A DNA stretch of 63,437 nucleotides, counting the filler, from Sanchytrium tribonematis (Eukaryota), in NCBI GenBank assembly GCA_018985235.1. It is 13 parts of 13 records of this genome, joined end to end, with 100 filler letters (N's around TTAATTAATTAA, not from the genome) between each part and the next. Parts side by side here need not be neighbours in the genome. Positions count along the whole stretch, not along the records: positions 10,457 to 13,829 come from JADGIG010000871.1; positions 13,930 to 17,297 come from JADGIG010000872.1; positions 17,398 to 20,761 come from JADGIG010000873.1; positions 20,862 to 24,223 come from JADGIG010000874.1; 9 more parts are not named here. One strand, given 5' to 3'. The position numbers and the translations under genes were made by a program. Of the stretch, positions 10,457-22,369 are shown in pieces. Below the pieces are notes generated by a model that was given only the letters and a program-made list of their open reading frames with translations, did no database searches and had not been told where the DNA came from. The stretch's first letter is position 1, and each line of letters begins with the position of its first letter.

Positions 10457-11152
10457 TTGTGCTGCTCCGAGCGTGTTGCTCAAACAGGTCACTTTCCCGG
10501 TACTGGCAGCAGAGCAGTATTGATTGTTTTGCCATCCTCTGATAGCTATTTGTCCGTTGGCTGTGAATCCTTTGAGAACCGAGTATTTAAATAACGTCGT
10601 GTAGAATAAATTGATGTAAATCGTCATGTCCAAGAACCCATTGAGGTCGTATGGAGTCCAGTCAATCTCTTTCACAGTTCCCATATTGTTGCACGCTACA
10701 CCGACTTTTCCACAGCAGTCTACTGGCAATTGTTTGAGTATTTTCAATTTGTCTGTTGGCATATTCAATTTCTCAGCAAGCGTGGCCACTTTTCCACAAT
10801 CTAGTCGATGAAAGTCATCTTCTAAACCTACATAAATTCTACTGGATGGCTCTCCACCCGTTGAGAATATCTTTGTTGCGACTTGTGAGCACGTGAAGGA
10901 GACAGATGTTCCCAAAACAGTCATGGAGAGTGATGTTAGACCTGCGCACTGCATGTATTGGGTTTGCATCAGTGTGTCGCTAGTCAATGGGATTTGATTT
11001 ACAGTTGAGACTCCATTGCAGGTGCTGAAGATTTTCAAGTATTTGTTGAGATATTGATCATGGAATTGGGGAGTAATGAATATACCGTATCCAGGATCGC
11101 TTCCGATAACACCGTAATTGCAATTTAAAGCGAATACAACCTGAAACAACAT
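10457..11152 (-). CDS. Secreted Cys-containing protein with an LRR-cap-like segment and a probable fascin/beta-trefoil start; 3' truncated
   Basis: MLFQVVFA signal; DCCGKVGVAC...VKEIDW; GQIAIRGWQNNQYCSA. Confidence 0.5.
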
Positions 11153-11372
11153 TTGTAAATGAAATGGAACAGGCGCCTTTTAAACTTAGCAATTAATTTG
11201 CAAGATACCCGGATTGAATATTGTCCAGTAGCACTCTGATTAGCAAGTGCATTAATTGATTGTCAGATTAAATTTGGCTCCAATCAATGCAAAAATGAGA
11301 CTTGGGATCTCTTGGGAAACCTTGCAAAACGTGACCAATCCATTTATAAGGAGTCCGTTTCATTTTTAGCAA

Positions 11373-11555
11373 ATGAATCCACTATTGGCTTTGACGACTA
11401 CTGCTCTCAGCTATTCACAATGTTATTGGCTATGGCAATACAATTACACAATCACAGCCACTGTCTATGTTAACTATCAATGGGTCACATATACCTGCAC
11501 AAAATACACTTGTACTCCTACCTGGTATTTTACATTGTGTGAACTGTATAATTGA
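11373..11555 (+). CDS. Small secreted aromatic/Cys-rich peptide (60 aa)
   Basis: TTTATAAG about 30 nt upstream, AAAATG start, signal-like N-terminus, 4 Cys, AATAAA after the stop. Confidence 0.55.
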   Translation: MNPLLALTTTALSYSQCYWLWQYNYTITATVYVNYQWVTYTCTKYTCTPTWYFTLCELYN

Positions 11556-11726
11556 AATAAATGTATTGTAGATAAAATAAAAAGATTATTTTGCCCCTTT
11601 CAAACGTTAAAAAGTAGAGCATCGATCGAATGTATTCTAGTTTAGGAACATTGTATCTAGTTACTTTTAGAATGTGCCGTCTAATATCACTAAAATGAAC
11701 AAAACTCGATTCCATCCCAGAAACAA

Positions 11727-12263
11727 ATGGATCTTTCTAAATTACAACCAGGCTATCAATATTCAATCAAAGTAACAAAACAACCAATTGATAATTGCCA
11801 AAAGACAAATACGTCACAAAATACTCTAAAAACTTCGGAAAATGCAAAAAATGCAATGGACACGAGGAGTGAAGTCATGCAGCTTGATAGTGAATCAATC
11901 TCTCATTCACAGTCAGATCCACAAGCGAAGTCTCATTCGGATTCCTCGTCACGTCAAAATGAGCAAAATTACGAGAAACAACAAATTCTTTCAAATGATT
12001 TTCAAAGATATCCCCAGCAACAGCAATATCTTGAAAAGAATCAGCAATATTTTGGAGATTTACAACAGCATCAACAAAACCCACAATCTAGACAGCAACA
12101 GCAGTGTAATTCTACTCAAGATCAGCATCAGCAGCCCACTCCTTTGTTAAAAGACTATGGCAATGATTTTAAACATCATCAATCATCTCCACAATTGAGT
12201 AACCAAGATTATCAGTCTAATCCTCAAAAATTTGACAGATCTCCGAATCCTCAGAAATCTTAG
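11727..12263 (+). CDS. Gln/Asn/Ser-rich disordered protein; frame continues past TAG to TAA at 12422
   Basis: CCC upstream of ATG; strong Q bias; 52 more sense codons after TAG. Confidence 0.55.
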   Translation: MDLSKLQPGYQYSIKVTKQPIDNCQKTNTSQNTLKTSENAKNAMDTRSEVMQLDSESISHSQSDPQAKSHSDSSSRQNEQNYEKQQILSNDFQRYPQQQQYLEKNQQYFGDLQQHQQNPQSRQQQQCNSTQDQHQQPTPLLKDYGNDFKHHQSSPQLSNQDYQSNPQKFDRSPNPQKS

Positions 12264-12440
12264 CCTTTTTCAAAACAACCAGATTTGCCTCAAAGATCTA
12301 GCAATGATGATAATTTTTGTGCATATGCCAACCAAGAAGGTACTGCATCTCAAAGTAATGCAACAGGTGGAGCAGACAATAGACCTTTAAGAGAAAAGTT
12401 ATTAGATGGTCCAGCGTTTTAAATAAAATATTTTATTCAT

Positions 12441-13052
12441 TTATGCCTTTTTTGGCCCAATACGGTTTACGAAATCAGCAAATTGTTCTCCTTGCCACTC
12501 AGCAATTTCTAATTCTTTTGGCAAAACACCACGAGATCCATCTCCACCAGAAACATTTCCAGCACCATAAGGTCCGCCTCCAATCACTTCTTCAGTCTGT
12601 CCCAATAATGGGTGTCCATAACCAATTGGCACATATGGCATACCATGGTGAATTAATTGCGTAATAAATGTCAACACAGTGCTTTCTTGTCCTCCGTGTG
12701 CGGTGGCTGTTCCTACGAATACACCAGCTGGGATGTGTCTCCATGCTTGCTTTTGCCAAATACCACCAGATTTATCCCACCATTGTCTCCATTGCGCTGT
12801 TGCATTTCCATATCGAGTTGGGACACCAAAAATGATTCCATCTGCATCTTTGATATCTGTTGGCTCTAAAACGGGGATGGACTTGTCTTTAGGAGCAGCG
12901 TGCATCTTCTCAAGGACTTCTTGAGGTAAAGATTCTGCTACTTGGCCCATGACGACAGTCACGCCTTTACGTTCTAATCCTGTTTTGACTGCTTTAGCCA
13001 TTTGAGCTAAGTGGCCATGGATAGAGTGATAAATGACGTAAACTTTTGGCAT
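12441..13052 (-). CDS. WrbA-type flavodoxin-like NAD(P)H:quinone oxidoreductase (Pst2/Ycp4 family)
   Basis: KVYVIYHSIHGH, FGVPTRYG, TAHGGQES, GGGPYGAG, GDGSR; start MPKVY after CCCC. Confidence 0.93.
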   Translation of the reverse strand: MPKVYVIYHSIHGHLAQMAKAVKTGLERKGVTVVMGQVAESLPQEVLEKMHAAPKDKSIPVLEPTDIKDADGIIFGVPTRYGNATAQWRQWWDKSGGIWQKQAWRHIPAGVFVGTATAHGGQESTVLTFITQLIHHGMPYVPIGYGHPLLGQTEEVIGGGPYGAGNVSGGDGSRGVLPKELEIAEWQGEQFADFVNRIGPKKA

Positions 13053-13176
13053 CTTGCAAATGGGGATCATGTCGCATAAATAGTAAAAATATCAAATTGC
13101 ACCAATCAGAGAATGAAAAAATAGAATGAATGTCACGTGTTGGCAACATGAACGCGTTCTGGAAGATTCTGATTTA

Positions 13177-13829
13177 TTAAGACATGACTAAAGCGAGTAA
13201 AATCCACTGCATACCTCGCATCGTTATGGCATGATTGGATGATTTTTGATCTTCGACATTTAATTGAGGATCCCAAGCAATACTTTGACCATTTCCCAAA
13301 TTAAATGCGTAAAATGACTCACTCACTTGCACATTATCACTGTCACCATCATCACCAGATCCACTGACCATTGCGGATGCATCTACTGTGACTGAACTGG
13401 CAGATACGGACTTCAGATTGCCATCCACGACGACATTGGAGGACCATGAGAATGATCCACTGTCTGTATTGACTGTATTGGTGCCTTGCGTGACTGATTT
13501 CGACTTGACTGATTGTAATAAATACAAATCGCCACTCTTTTGAAATGGGAAATTGTCAATATAGATCGAATATTTAAATCTAAATGAAATACAAGTACCT
13601 GAGAGGTGTCAATGGTACAGATTGACCATTTTCAGATGCTGTAGCTTGTTGGTCACTTGTGGTTGCCTTGATAGTGATATTGCAGCTATTAATGACCAAG
13701 GAAGACGTAAATGAATAAATTGTGATTCCATCTACTACGACTGAAGATTGAGAAATAGCAGACCATTTACCAGTCTGACCCGTCAATTTAATAAAGTTGG
13801 TAGCCGTATTGATATTTTCATTAGAACTG
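13177..13829 (-). CDS. S/T/V-rich surface protein with C-terminal hydrophobic anchor; 3' fragment, 2 exons (intron 13580-13598)
   Basis: Two ORFs join in frame as PLR/FKYSIYIDNFPF after removal of a 19-nt intron; WDPQLNV followed by a hydrophobic tail. Confidence 0.7.
13580..13598 (-). other. 19-nt spliceosomal intron GTACTTGTATTTCATTTAG
   Basis: Joins ORFs 13580-13786 and 13177-13527 in frame; matches the consensus. Confidence 0.82.
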
Positions 13830-13929
13830 NNNNNNNNNNNNNNNNNNNNNNNNNNNNNNNNNNNNNNNNNNNNTTAATTAATTAANNNNNNNNNNNNNNN
13901 NNNNNNNNNNNNNNNNNNNNNNNNNNNNN
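13830..13929. other. Artificial contig spacer
   Basis: N-TTAATTAATTAA-N. Confidence 0.99.
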
Positions 13930-14429
13930 GTGGCAAAAGCATCGCTGCTTATGTCAAATGTTTGTAATTCAACTAATTGAAAAAATTGCTCCAAAAGCTG
14001 TTTGTTTTCTAAAATTAGAAAAGCAAGGCCATTGTATCGAATGCACTCTCTCAGAAGCATACCGCAATTTAATGCAATATCGGCGTTACTGTAATTCCCA
14101 ATCCAATAACTTAATAATTGAGTTTGTTTAGATTCTCGATCAACCATATAATCAACTAAAGTGTTTGCGTGCTTTCGCAACAAAACGCTGACCAAATAAA
14201 CTAAATCTTTTTTAGCCTCGAACTCATAATGTTGCATATGTAGTAATGTCAGATATAGGGTGTCACTAGCAATAAATTCCTGCAAAACTTGTAAAAGTTG
14301 CTCATCCTCGCTTACTTTTAACTGATTTATGATTCTGTTGGATTCGTCAAACTTGCTACTTGTAATCGAGTCTCTCAAAGACTTGACAAGCTCTTGGGGA
14401 GTTTTTGACTTGGTTTTAAAGAAATTCAT
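13930..14429 (-). CDS. HYM1: MO25/Hym1 (CAB39) kinase scaffold, 3' truncated
   Basis: KSKTPQELVK, EFEAKKD, IALNCGMLLRECIR, FDISSDAFA. Confidence 0.93.
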
Positions 14430-15654
14430 GTAAATGCAGTTGTTTCAAATCGCCCTTGAAATTGATCGTATCTCGAATTAAAAAACTCTTCGTCTTACTT
14501 TGCAAATCACATAATCAATAATGTTTGGATGTTGTGGCATCATCTAGTTTACAATCTGCTGTTGCTAAACTTAATTTTAAATTTAATATTTATTTTTAAC
14601 AAAATATTCTAGCTTCTTTTCATTAATTAAACGGTTACAAATGAATAGATACTAGGCGGTCCGTCGTTTTAGATCTAGCAACATCAATCATCCACAACAA
14701 TGTTAAATTTTCGAATATCATTGTGAAGAACACCACATCATTAATGCATTTATCAATATCCGCTGTGTTTTTGTCAATGGCTCTGGAACCACTTCACAAT
14801 ATTAAAACCATACAAAATAACCATGAAATTAAGCATGGGTAATAGGCCTTGGAGTTTTGATGTATTACCATAAATAGACACTTTCGATTCTTGCAGCAAA
14901 TTCTTGTTTTCACACATCTGAAGTTTTAAGAGCTAAAAGGCGGAACTGGTGATTTCTTTGTAAACCTGCATCTCCCTTCTGCGAGTTTTTTCAATGAAAA
15001 GTCCACAACTTCAAATTTGCAGAAGTCTTGGTATTTCAATTTGTATTTGCAAACTAAATGATCTTTGTTTTAATTGCAGCTGAATTGGGCGTTTGGTCAG
15101 AGTCAGTATTGTGATTGGCTTCCAAGCCCTGGATCTTGCATTTGAACTTTACCTTGTATTTAAAAGGGAAAAGAAAGTAATAATCAAAAGAATGCCATAT
15201 AATTGGGCGCCTTTGTTATATTAAAATTCCTTTATAAATAAGAAGCGAATCGTGTGTAAAAAGCTACACGGTTATCCGTAGAACAGGTTTCCGTTAAATA
15301 GACGAACCAAGTAAAGTCATAACTTGCCAAAACGCCGAATTAGAATTAGCTCAAACGCTGCGCCCTTTTTTAAATTACAAGATAAATAATTGCTTTCTTT
15401 CTCAGAGAGCACTCTATTAATGTATCTATCTTTAACTGAAATTTCCTCATATCCATTTGCTTTTCGGCAAAATTTGTGGCTCGAAAATAATGGGAACTCA
15501 GCAGCGACTACAATTTATTGTAATACTTTTCTAGTGAACGGATCAGGATCTGATAGAATAGAGTTTTTTACTACATCTGATATTTCTATTTTTAATCTTT
15601 TGCAAAGTCCAACAATGCAGACTCTCTGAACTGATTTTATATATTGATGATTTT

Positions 15655-16718
15655 CTAGACCTTGTTCAAGGCAAAATTTGTATTTATCGTGAATTCGTTT
15701 CGTTCGGGTTCATTGTTCATCACTTTAACATCCAAAATACAGCACAATCTAGGAATATTCTCTGGGTACTGCTTCCAAATATCATCAAGTACAATCGCAT
15801 CATAATCATCAATCTCAAGCAATAACCAATTTAAACAAAAATCACTATACATATCCCTATCCTTGGACGCTTTTTTAATTAATTCCAAATATCCATGTTG
15901 TTTGTTAATACTGGCTCGTCTTACAAGTTCTTCGGGAAATGTTCCTCCACTGATAAAAATGCTTTGAATAGAGTTGTTTAAAAACACACCAAGTCGTTTG
16001 TTGTGAAAATTTTGTAATACAGTGTCAGTAATATTGGATTGAATGTCTATTAATTCTTTAGATTTGTTAAACTCCAATTTGTATTGCCAGAATGTTTCTT
16101 GTAGTAATTTGTTGTAATAATTATCATGAGGACGCACAAAATGAATCTTGTCTAAATATCTTTTGTATCGAATAAGTGGTCTATCAGAGACAAGAGTCCT
16201 TTTAATTACTTCTACATCTAATAATCTTAAAAATAACTCGATTACATGATCCAATATTTCAAATCCAACTGGAATGCCATGGGAAAAATTTAATTTCAAC
16301 TGACAATCTCTAAATAATTTGTCCATTACATTGTAATAGGCAGCATGATTGTCTTTATTTGCCCGTGCTTCAGACTGTCCAACAAGTGCCCATGGAATTG
16401 AATCATTAGTAAATGTATCGTAAAAATTCAACACATCCTGAAATTCTGATGTGGTCAGAGACGTTACTGCTGAATAAGAAATCCAAATTTAGAGATGTAG
16501 TGTTTTTCATGTGATATCTTGGGATAGGTTCGTAGTACACATCAGAATGATCCAACAAATCGCCAATAATCTGTTTATATTTACTATACAGCCAAGGTCT
16601 TAATTCAAATATACCAAACACCTATGTCATTTGTTTGTAAGCTTGGAAAAACATCTGCTATGTTGTTTATGGTAATGCTTTCCTTAACAAAATGATTTAA
16701 ATATTTAATAGAAGCCAT
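15655..16718 (-). pseudogene. Hypothetical protein split over three frames (probable pseudogene)
   Basis: ORF 15655-16434 lacks an ATG; overlapping ORF 16406-16621 and an upstream MASIKYL segment (ATG near 16718) need two frame changes. Confidence 0.35.
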
Positions 16719-17297
16719 TTGCGGGTTTACCCTATTCCCCTTAGCGATTTTCTTTATTCGTGAAAAGATTTATACATCTTCTATTGTATATTATATTTTT
16801 ATCTCAAAGTTATTTGTTTTCATAATAAAAGCACCAATGCATTTTCAAATAAATTAAAGTAAAAAATCCAGCTTGCAAGGCGCAATTGAAGTGAAGTCAC
16901 TCTGGTCTAGTTTTAACAGAGTAAAGGTCTTTTAAATGTATATATGGATACACCGGGCTTTTTTGACAGGAGTAAACTTGCAGATTTTGTCTTATGATAA
17001 GACGGGTATTTATTTATTCAAAACATTTGACCAGACTCGAATTTACAGAGCGTGTCCCATTTTTAATGTTCGAAGCGAAATTTGCATCACCAATTACAAA
17101 TGATAATATTTACTACAAAATGACCATGGCGTCGATCCGAAAAGAACCTTGATCGAGTGCTATGTAGCTCTGGATTCCGAGTTAACCTTAAAATTTAAAT
17201 TGTTTCGTGTTTCGAATGTCGTCATTTTAGACTTAGCTGGGGTTGAGACGGAGGGCTAAAACGGACTAAAAACTATAAAAAGGTATGAAGACCCCGC

Positions 17298-17397
17298 NNN
17301 NNNNNNNNNNNNNNNNNNNNNNNNNNNNNNNNNNNNNNNNNTTAATTAATTAANNNNNNNNNNNNNNNNNNNNNNNNNNNNNNNNNNNNNNNNNNNN
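17298..17397. other. Artificial contig spacer
   Basis: N-TTAATTAATTAA-N. Confidence 0.99.
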
Positions 17398-17398
17398 A

Positions 17399-20300
17399 TA
17401 CAAAGATAGCACGGGGAATAAGTGGCTAGATGATCATTTATTCACATTGTTAAATAGAGCCTATCTCGGATTACGAAGAACCGGCAAAGACCAGTCTATT
17501 ATCTTGAATGGCCAGGATGTTCAAGGGAAACAATTGGTCTTAGAACACTCCCTAGATTATTTATGTCAATTAGGCGCACCTCTACAAGCAACGAAGAGAG
17601 ATGAGAAGGTGCACTCTAAATTACAAGCATCATTGACCATTTTCAAAGCATTTACAACCAAATCTGCTCCAAATAGTGGATTACTCTTCAATGTGAAGTA
17701 TAATGAGAAGGGACGTGTTGTAGGTGGTCAAATCACTGATATTCTACTCCCATTGATCCAATTCGAGCAACGATCTGTCACCATTCTCCACGCATTGATT
17801 CAAGGTGCAGATCATTCCCTCAAGAAACAATTCAAGTTGAATACCTCATTTTTCAACTCCAATCACATCAGTAGTGATAAATACGTGTTCCATGATGTTC
17901 ATGAAGCATTCCAAACCCTCCAATTTAGTGATAAAACCATTTCCCACATTTATCAACTATTGAGTGCCATTTTACATTTGAGCACCATTGAGTTTGAGCA
18001 ACATCAGAGTGAAGATAGAGCTTCTATCAAGTTGGCAGATATTGAATATGTGTCCTCATTACTCGGAATCTCCCCTAAATCCCTAGAAACCGCATTAACA
18101 GTCAAAACTACTAAAATTGGAAATGAATATTGCAGTGTCTTTATGAGTGTGAAAGATGCCAGTGATCACAAATATCATTTAATGCAATCCATCTACCACG
18201 CATTACTGGTATGGCTATTAGATTGTCTCAACAAGAAAATGAAATCCTCAAAAGCCGTCAATTCCATTTTATTGGTGGATCCCATTCAACCCATCAAGAA
18301 ACAAAATAGCCAATTGACTGACTTGTTAAGTAATGAATTCAATGAAGTGCTCCACTCTGGATACATTGCATCTCTCTTTAAAGACCAATTAGACCATTAT
18401 CAACAAGATGGTTTAATTTTTAAGAGAATTGAATTCAAGAATAATGACAATCAAATCCAATTACTCCTCAATGAAGACCATGGTGTCAATGTCCTATTGC
18501 AACAACAACAAGAGAATGCATCCAATTCTGTATTAAGTAGCATCCAAGCAGAACATGCAGATAATCCCGCATTTATCGAATGTTCTCACTCCCAATTCAC
18601 TATGAATCACTATTTTGGAAATACGACGTACTCCCAATTCCAATTAGATGCCCACATGTCCAATGACACTACTCAATTATTCATGGGCAGTGCAGAATTC
18701 ACAGCATCTAATAATCCATTATTACTCAAATTATTCGGATCTAAAAACATCCAATCTATCCAATCTCATCATTTCCTTACTTCTAATATCATGACTAGCT
18801 ACCAATCTCATTTATTAAGCATCATGAGTCAATTAAAGCAAGCTCAGCCATGGTTCATCATTTGCATTGATTTAAACATGCAAAACACCAAAGTAGATTC
18901 CAAATTACTCAAATCTCAAGTCAAACAGTATTTATTAAGTGAATTGGCATTACAACGATTAGAAATGCATGATTATGCGCATTATATGAGTTATAGAAAT
19001 ATGATTGACAGATATCGAGATGTATTGCGTAGTTTCAACATTGATGAGTCATTAACACCCAAACAACAGATAAGTCAGTTGATGGAGTGTATGACCGAGT
19101 ACACACGCGAGAATAGACCTTTAAAAGACACAGATAGTGCCATTTCCAATAAATCCAAAAGACGTGGGAGTGAATTAAGCATGCAGAGTGTAGGCGTGGC
19201 TGGTGGGTCCTTTTTAGGCAAGAATACATTATTTATGACCCATCAATGCTACCAGCAAATAGAATTCATGTCTCGTAAATTACAGCACACCATCAAGACA
19301 AAAGGCGATTTAAATGAATCACAACTTTATGCAGCTAGAATTGACAATATTAGCACGTATAGTGACACCTATAGTGAAATGGATGATTCTATTTATGATT
19401 CTGAAGCATCTTCTTTAAATGAGACACTTCAAAGTAGTATTCCTGAGAGCGGAGTGTTTAGAAATGCAGATGGGGATATTATTGGCAAAGATTATGAATT
19501 AATGGAAGAATCTACATCTAAAATGCGTCGTAAATGGGTGTGTTGCACGTGGTGTTTGACTTGGTGGATTCCCACATTCTGTATTAAATGGTGTGGGATG
19601 AATAGACCAGATGTCCAAATGGCATGGCGTGAAAAAGTGGCATTGTGTTTGATTATTATGGGCATGTGCGCATTAATGCTGTTTTTTATTGCTGGTCTAG
19701 GTCCATTAATCTGTCCAAAACAAGAAATCTTGTCTCTTTATGAATTACAATTCAAAAATACAGAAGATGAGCCATTTGCGAGCGCATATGGTAAAATATT
19801 GAGTATGAATGATTTGATTAAAATATCACCTGCGCAACACAATTTAGACCAATTAAGAGAATCGTATGGTGGATTAGATGTCACACCTGGTTTTCCTAGA
19901 ACCCCTGCCACATATTGCACATTTGTGAGTGATAAATCATTGAAATTGGATATAGATGCCAAAGATATCTCAAAAGTGAATGGAACTGCTATTTTTAGTA
20001 GCCATGCGTCTCTTTATCAAGCCACATCCACAGATGGTGATCCACGATCAGTAGGAGAACAACGAATGGATGCTTTTTTTAATAACAAGAAATATCTCAA
20101 ATTCATGTTGGGATGGGATCCAGATATCGTCAAGGGATTAGTCTCTGATAAATTTCTACCGCGTCAAATGGTGATTGTGAATGATCAAGTGTATGATTTG
20201 ACAGTTTATTTATCTAAAATTGGAGATGCAAAATACAGATTTTTAGGAGATGGAATCACAGAATTCTTGAATAACAATGCTGGCAATGATATTTCATCCA

Positions 20301-20761
20301 ATTCTAATTTCATGTCACAATGGAATTCTAGATCTGATTTACGAGATTGTTTTAATAATTTATTCATGGTGGGCGTATTGGATAAACGTAGATCTTTTAG
20401 ATGTCAATTCTCTAATTATTTGTTATTGGCTGCGTCTATCGTGCTTGTGAGCATTATTGGATTTAAATTCTTGGCTGCATTGCAATTAGGCAGCAGAAGA
20501 GAACCCGAAGAACATGATAAATTTGTGATTTTACAAATGCCATGTTACACAGAAGGAGAAGAGAATTTAAAAAGGACGATTGAATCCCTAGCTGCCTTGA
20601 GATATGACGATAAACGTAAATTGTTATTTCTCATGTGTGATGGTATGATTGTGGGTAGCGGCAATGACAGACCCACCCCGCGAATTGTTTTGGATATTTT
20701 AGGTGTAGATCCCAATTTGGATCCAGAACCCCTTTCTTTTCAAAGTATTGGTGAAGGCATG
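17399..20761 (+). CDS. Chitin synthase with myosin motor-like domain (class V/VII); internal fragment truncated at both ends
   Basis: Degenerate myosin head (DQSIILNG, LLSAILHL), LTWWIP, AWREKVALC, cytochrome b5-like VYDLT, PCYTEGE, YDDKRKLL, CDGMIVGSGNDRPTPRIVLDILG. Confidence 0.95.
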
Positions 20762-20861
20762 NNNNNNNNNNNNNNNNNNNNNNNNNNNNNNNNNNNNNNN
20801 NNNNNTTAATTAATTAANNNNNNNNNNNNNNNNNNNNNNNNNNNNNNNNNNNNNNNNNNNN
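20762..20861. other. Artificial contig spacer
   Basis: N-TTAATTAATTAA-N. Confidence 0.99.
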
Positions 20862-21049
20862 ATAAGCATGTCATCCTTAGTAACTGTTATCAACTCACCC
20901 CAAATTTTCTCAATTTGCAATGTTAGGGTATCATTGAGGGTATGTGTCTCCTGGTTTAGCGTAATTTTGACATTTTCGGAGCATTTAAAGACTACCTGCA
21001 TTTTTATGTCTTCAAACGACCAAAACATTAATTTGGTGCAATTTTGCAT
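20862..21049 (-). CDS. Hypothetical protein, 5' fragment
   Basis: ATG-initiated ORF running off the contig end, divergent from Prp3. Confidence 0.4.
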
Positions 21050-21169
21050 TAATCCGTTGCAAGTCTGTCGGCAATTTCACTCATTTTCAAATCATAAAAT
21101 TAGAGTGTCATTTATGAAAACGAAAAGATTATTCCAAAAGATGAGATCTCCTGATTTTCACTCTTGAAA

Positions 21170-22369
21170 ATGTCAAATCCATATCTTGCTCATAGAGAGA
21201 AGAAAGACAAAGAGAAATTGAAAGAAGATGTTTTTGATGCTGACCTAATCCATAGAAAAAGATCCAGAATTAAATTTAGAATGAATGAGCCCGGAAAGTA
21301 CGAAAAAAAAGCGAAGATAGAAAAGTTAGAAAAGAGAATTGAGCAACGCAAAGAAGCAGCCTTATTGAAGAAAAATGAAGAGCGAGAGAAAGAAAAGCAG
21401 CACTGGTCTCGGGTTCCAATACCAGATGTGGAGTGGTGGGATTCTTGTTTAGTTTACCCCCAATCGCAATACAGTGAGGTTGATCCGAATTTTAAATTTG
21501 ATATTCCTGTTCCACAACTAGCTACAATAGAAGAACCTAAGGGCACAATACCAGTAACTCATTTGATTCTTCATCCTTTACCACCACGAGAGGAGGGAAA
21601 ACCTTTTAAAATTCCTACGTATTTGACTAAACCCGAAATCAAACGGATGAGACGTTTGAGAAGACTGAATGAGCAACAAGAGAAGAGAGATAAGATACTA
21701 CTGGGTGAAATTGTTGAAGAGCCAAAGTTAACTCTTAAAAACTTTTCGAAAGTCTTACAATCAGAAGTGCTTGTGGATCCAACCAAGGCAGAGCAAATGG
21801 TTCTAGACCAAATTGAAAACCGAAAACTAAAGCATGAAGAGCACAACGAGTCTTTCCGTTTGACAAAAGAGGAAAAAAGAGAGAAAAACATCAAAAAGTG
21901 GCACAAAGACCGTAAGAAAAACCTTCAGAGAGTTGTTTACAAAATTTATAAAATGAATCATAAAATTAAGAATAAAATTGATATGAATGCAACCCAAATG
22001 CAAATGACTGGTGTCTTGATTTGGTATAAACAGGACGATGATCAATTTGCATTGTTAGTTGCAGAGGGAGGAAGAATAGCAACAAATAGAATTCAAAATT
22101 TATTAAATAGACGAATTGACTGGAAAAACATGGAGCAAAATAATGATGAAATGGATATTGATTCAAACTCAGATGATATGATCGACGATGATAAGGAAAC
22201 GGAACATACTGAATTGTTATGGAAAGGAAACGTTGATAATTCCATTTTTGAGAATAAAATTGGACAATTTCGCGTCAAGCTATGCAACAAGGAAAGCATT
22301 ATTCCTTATGTTGATCATATTGGTGAAGAAATGAAATCTTACTGGAATATGACTCACAATAAATCATAA
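21170..22369 (+). CDS. PRP3: U4/U6 snRNP protein Prp3
   Basis: NPYL, IPDVEWWD, YLTKPEIKRMRR, DPTKAE, HEEHNE..RLTKEEKREK, MNATQMQMTG, VAEGG, RRIDW, LLWKG. Confidence 0.9.
   Translation: MSNPYLAHREKKDKEKLKEDVFDADLIHRKRSRIKFRMNEPGKYEKKAKIEKLEKRIEQRKEAALLKKNEEREKEKQHWSRVPIPDVEWWDSCLVYPQSQYSEVDPNFKFDIPVPQLATIEEPKGTIPVTHLILHPLPPREEGKPFKIPTYLTKPEIKRMRRLRRLNEQQEKRDKILLGEIVEEPKLTLKNFSKVLQSEVLVDPTKAEQMVLDQIENRKLKHEEHNESFRLTKEEKREKNIKKWHKDRKKNLQRVVYKIYKMNHKIKNKIDMNATQMQMTGVLIWYKQDDDQFALLVAEGGRIATNRIQNLLNRRIDWKNMEQNNDEMDIDSNSDDMIDDDKETEHTELLWKGNVDNSIFENKIGQFRVKLCNKESIIPYVDHIGEEMKSYWNMTHNKS

Noticed and set aside
11727..12422. Genome-wide TAG/TAA-to-Gln reassignment as in Amoeboaphelidium protococcarum
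   Set aside because: Long Gln-rich ORFs (1120 and 1609 aa) have no internal TAA/TAG, and conserved genes end in TAA at the expected positions.
16446..16467. 22-nt GTAACGTCTCTGACCACATCAG as an intron joining ORFs 16406-16621 and 15655-16434
   Set aside because: It would restore one frame but is GC-rich, lacks the -6 A, and a second upstream break remains; left unresolved.
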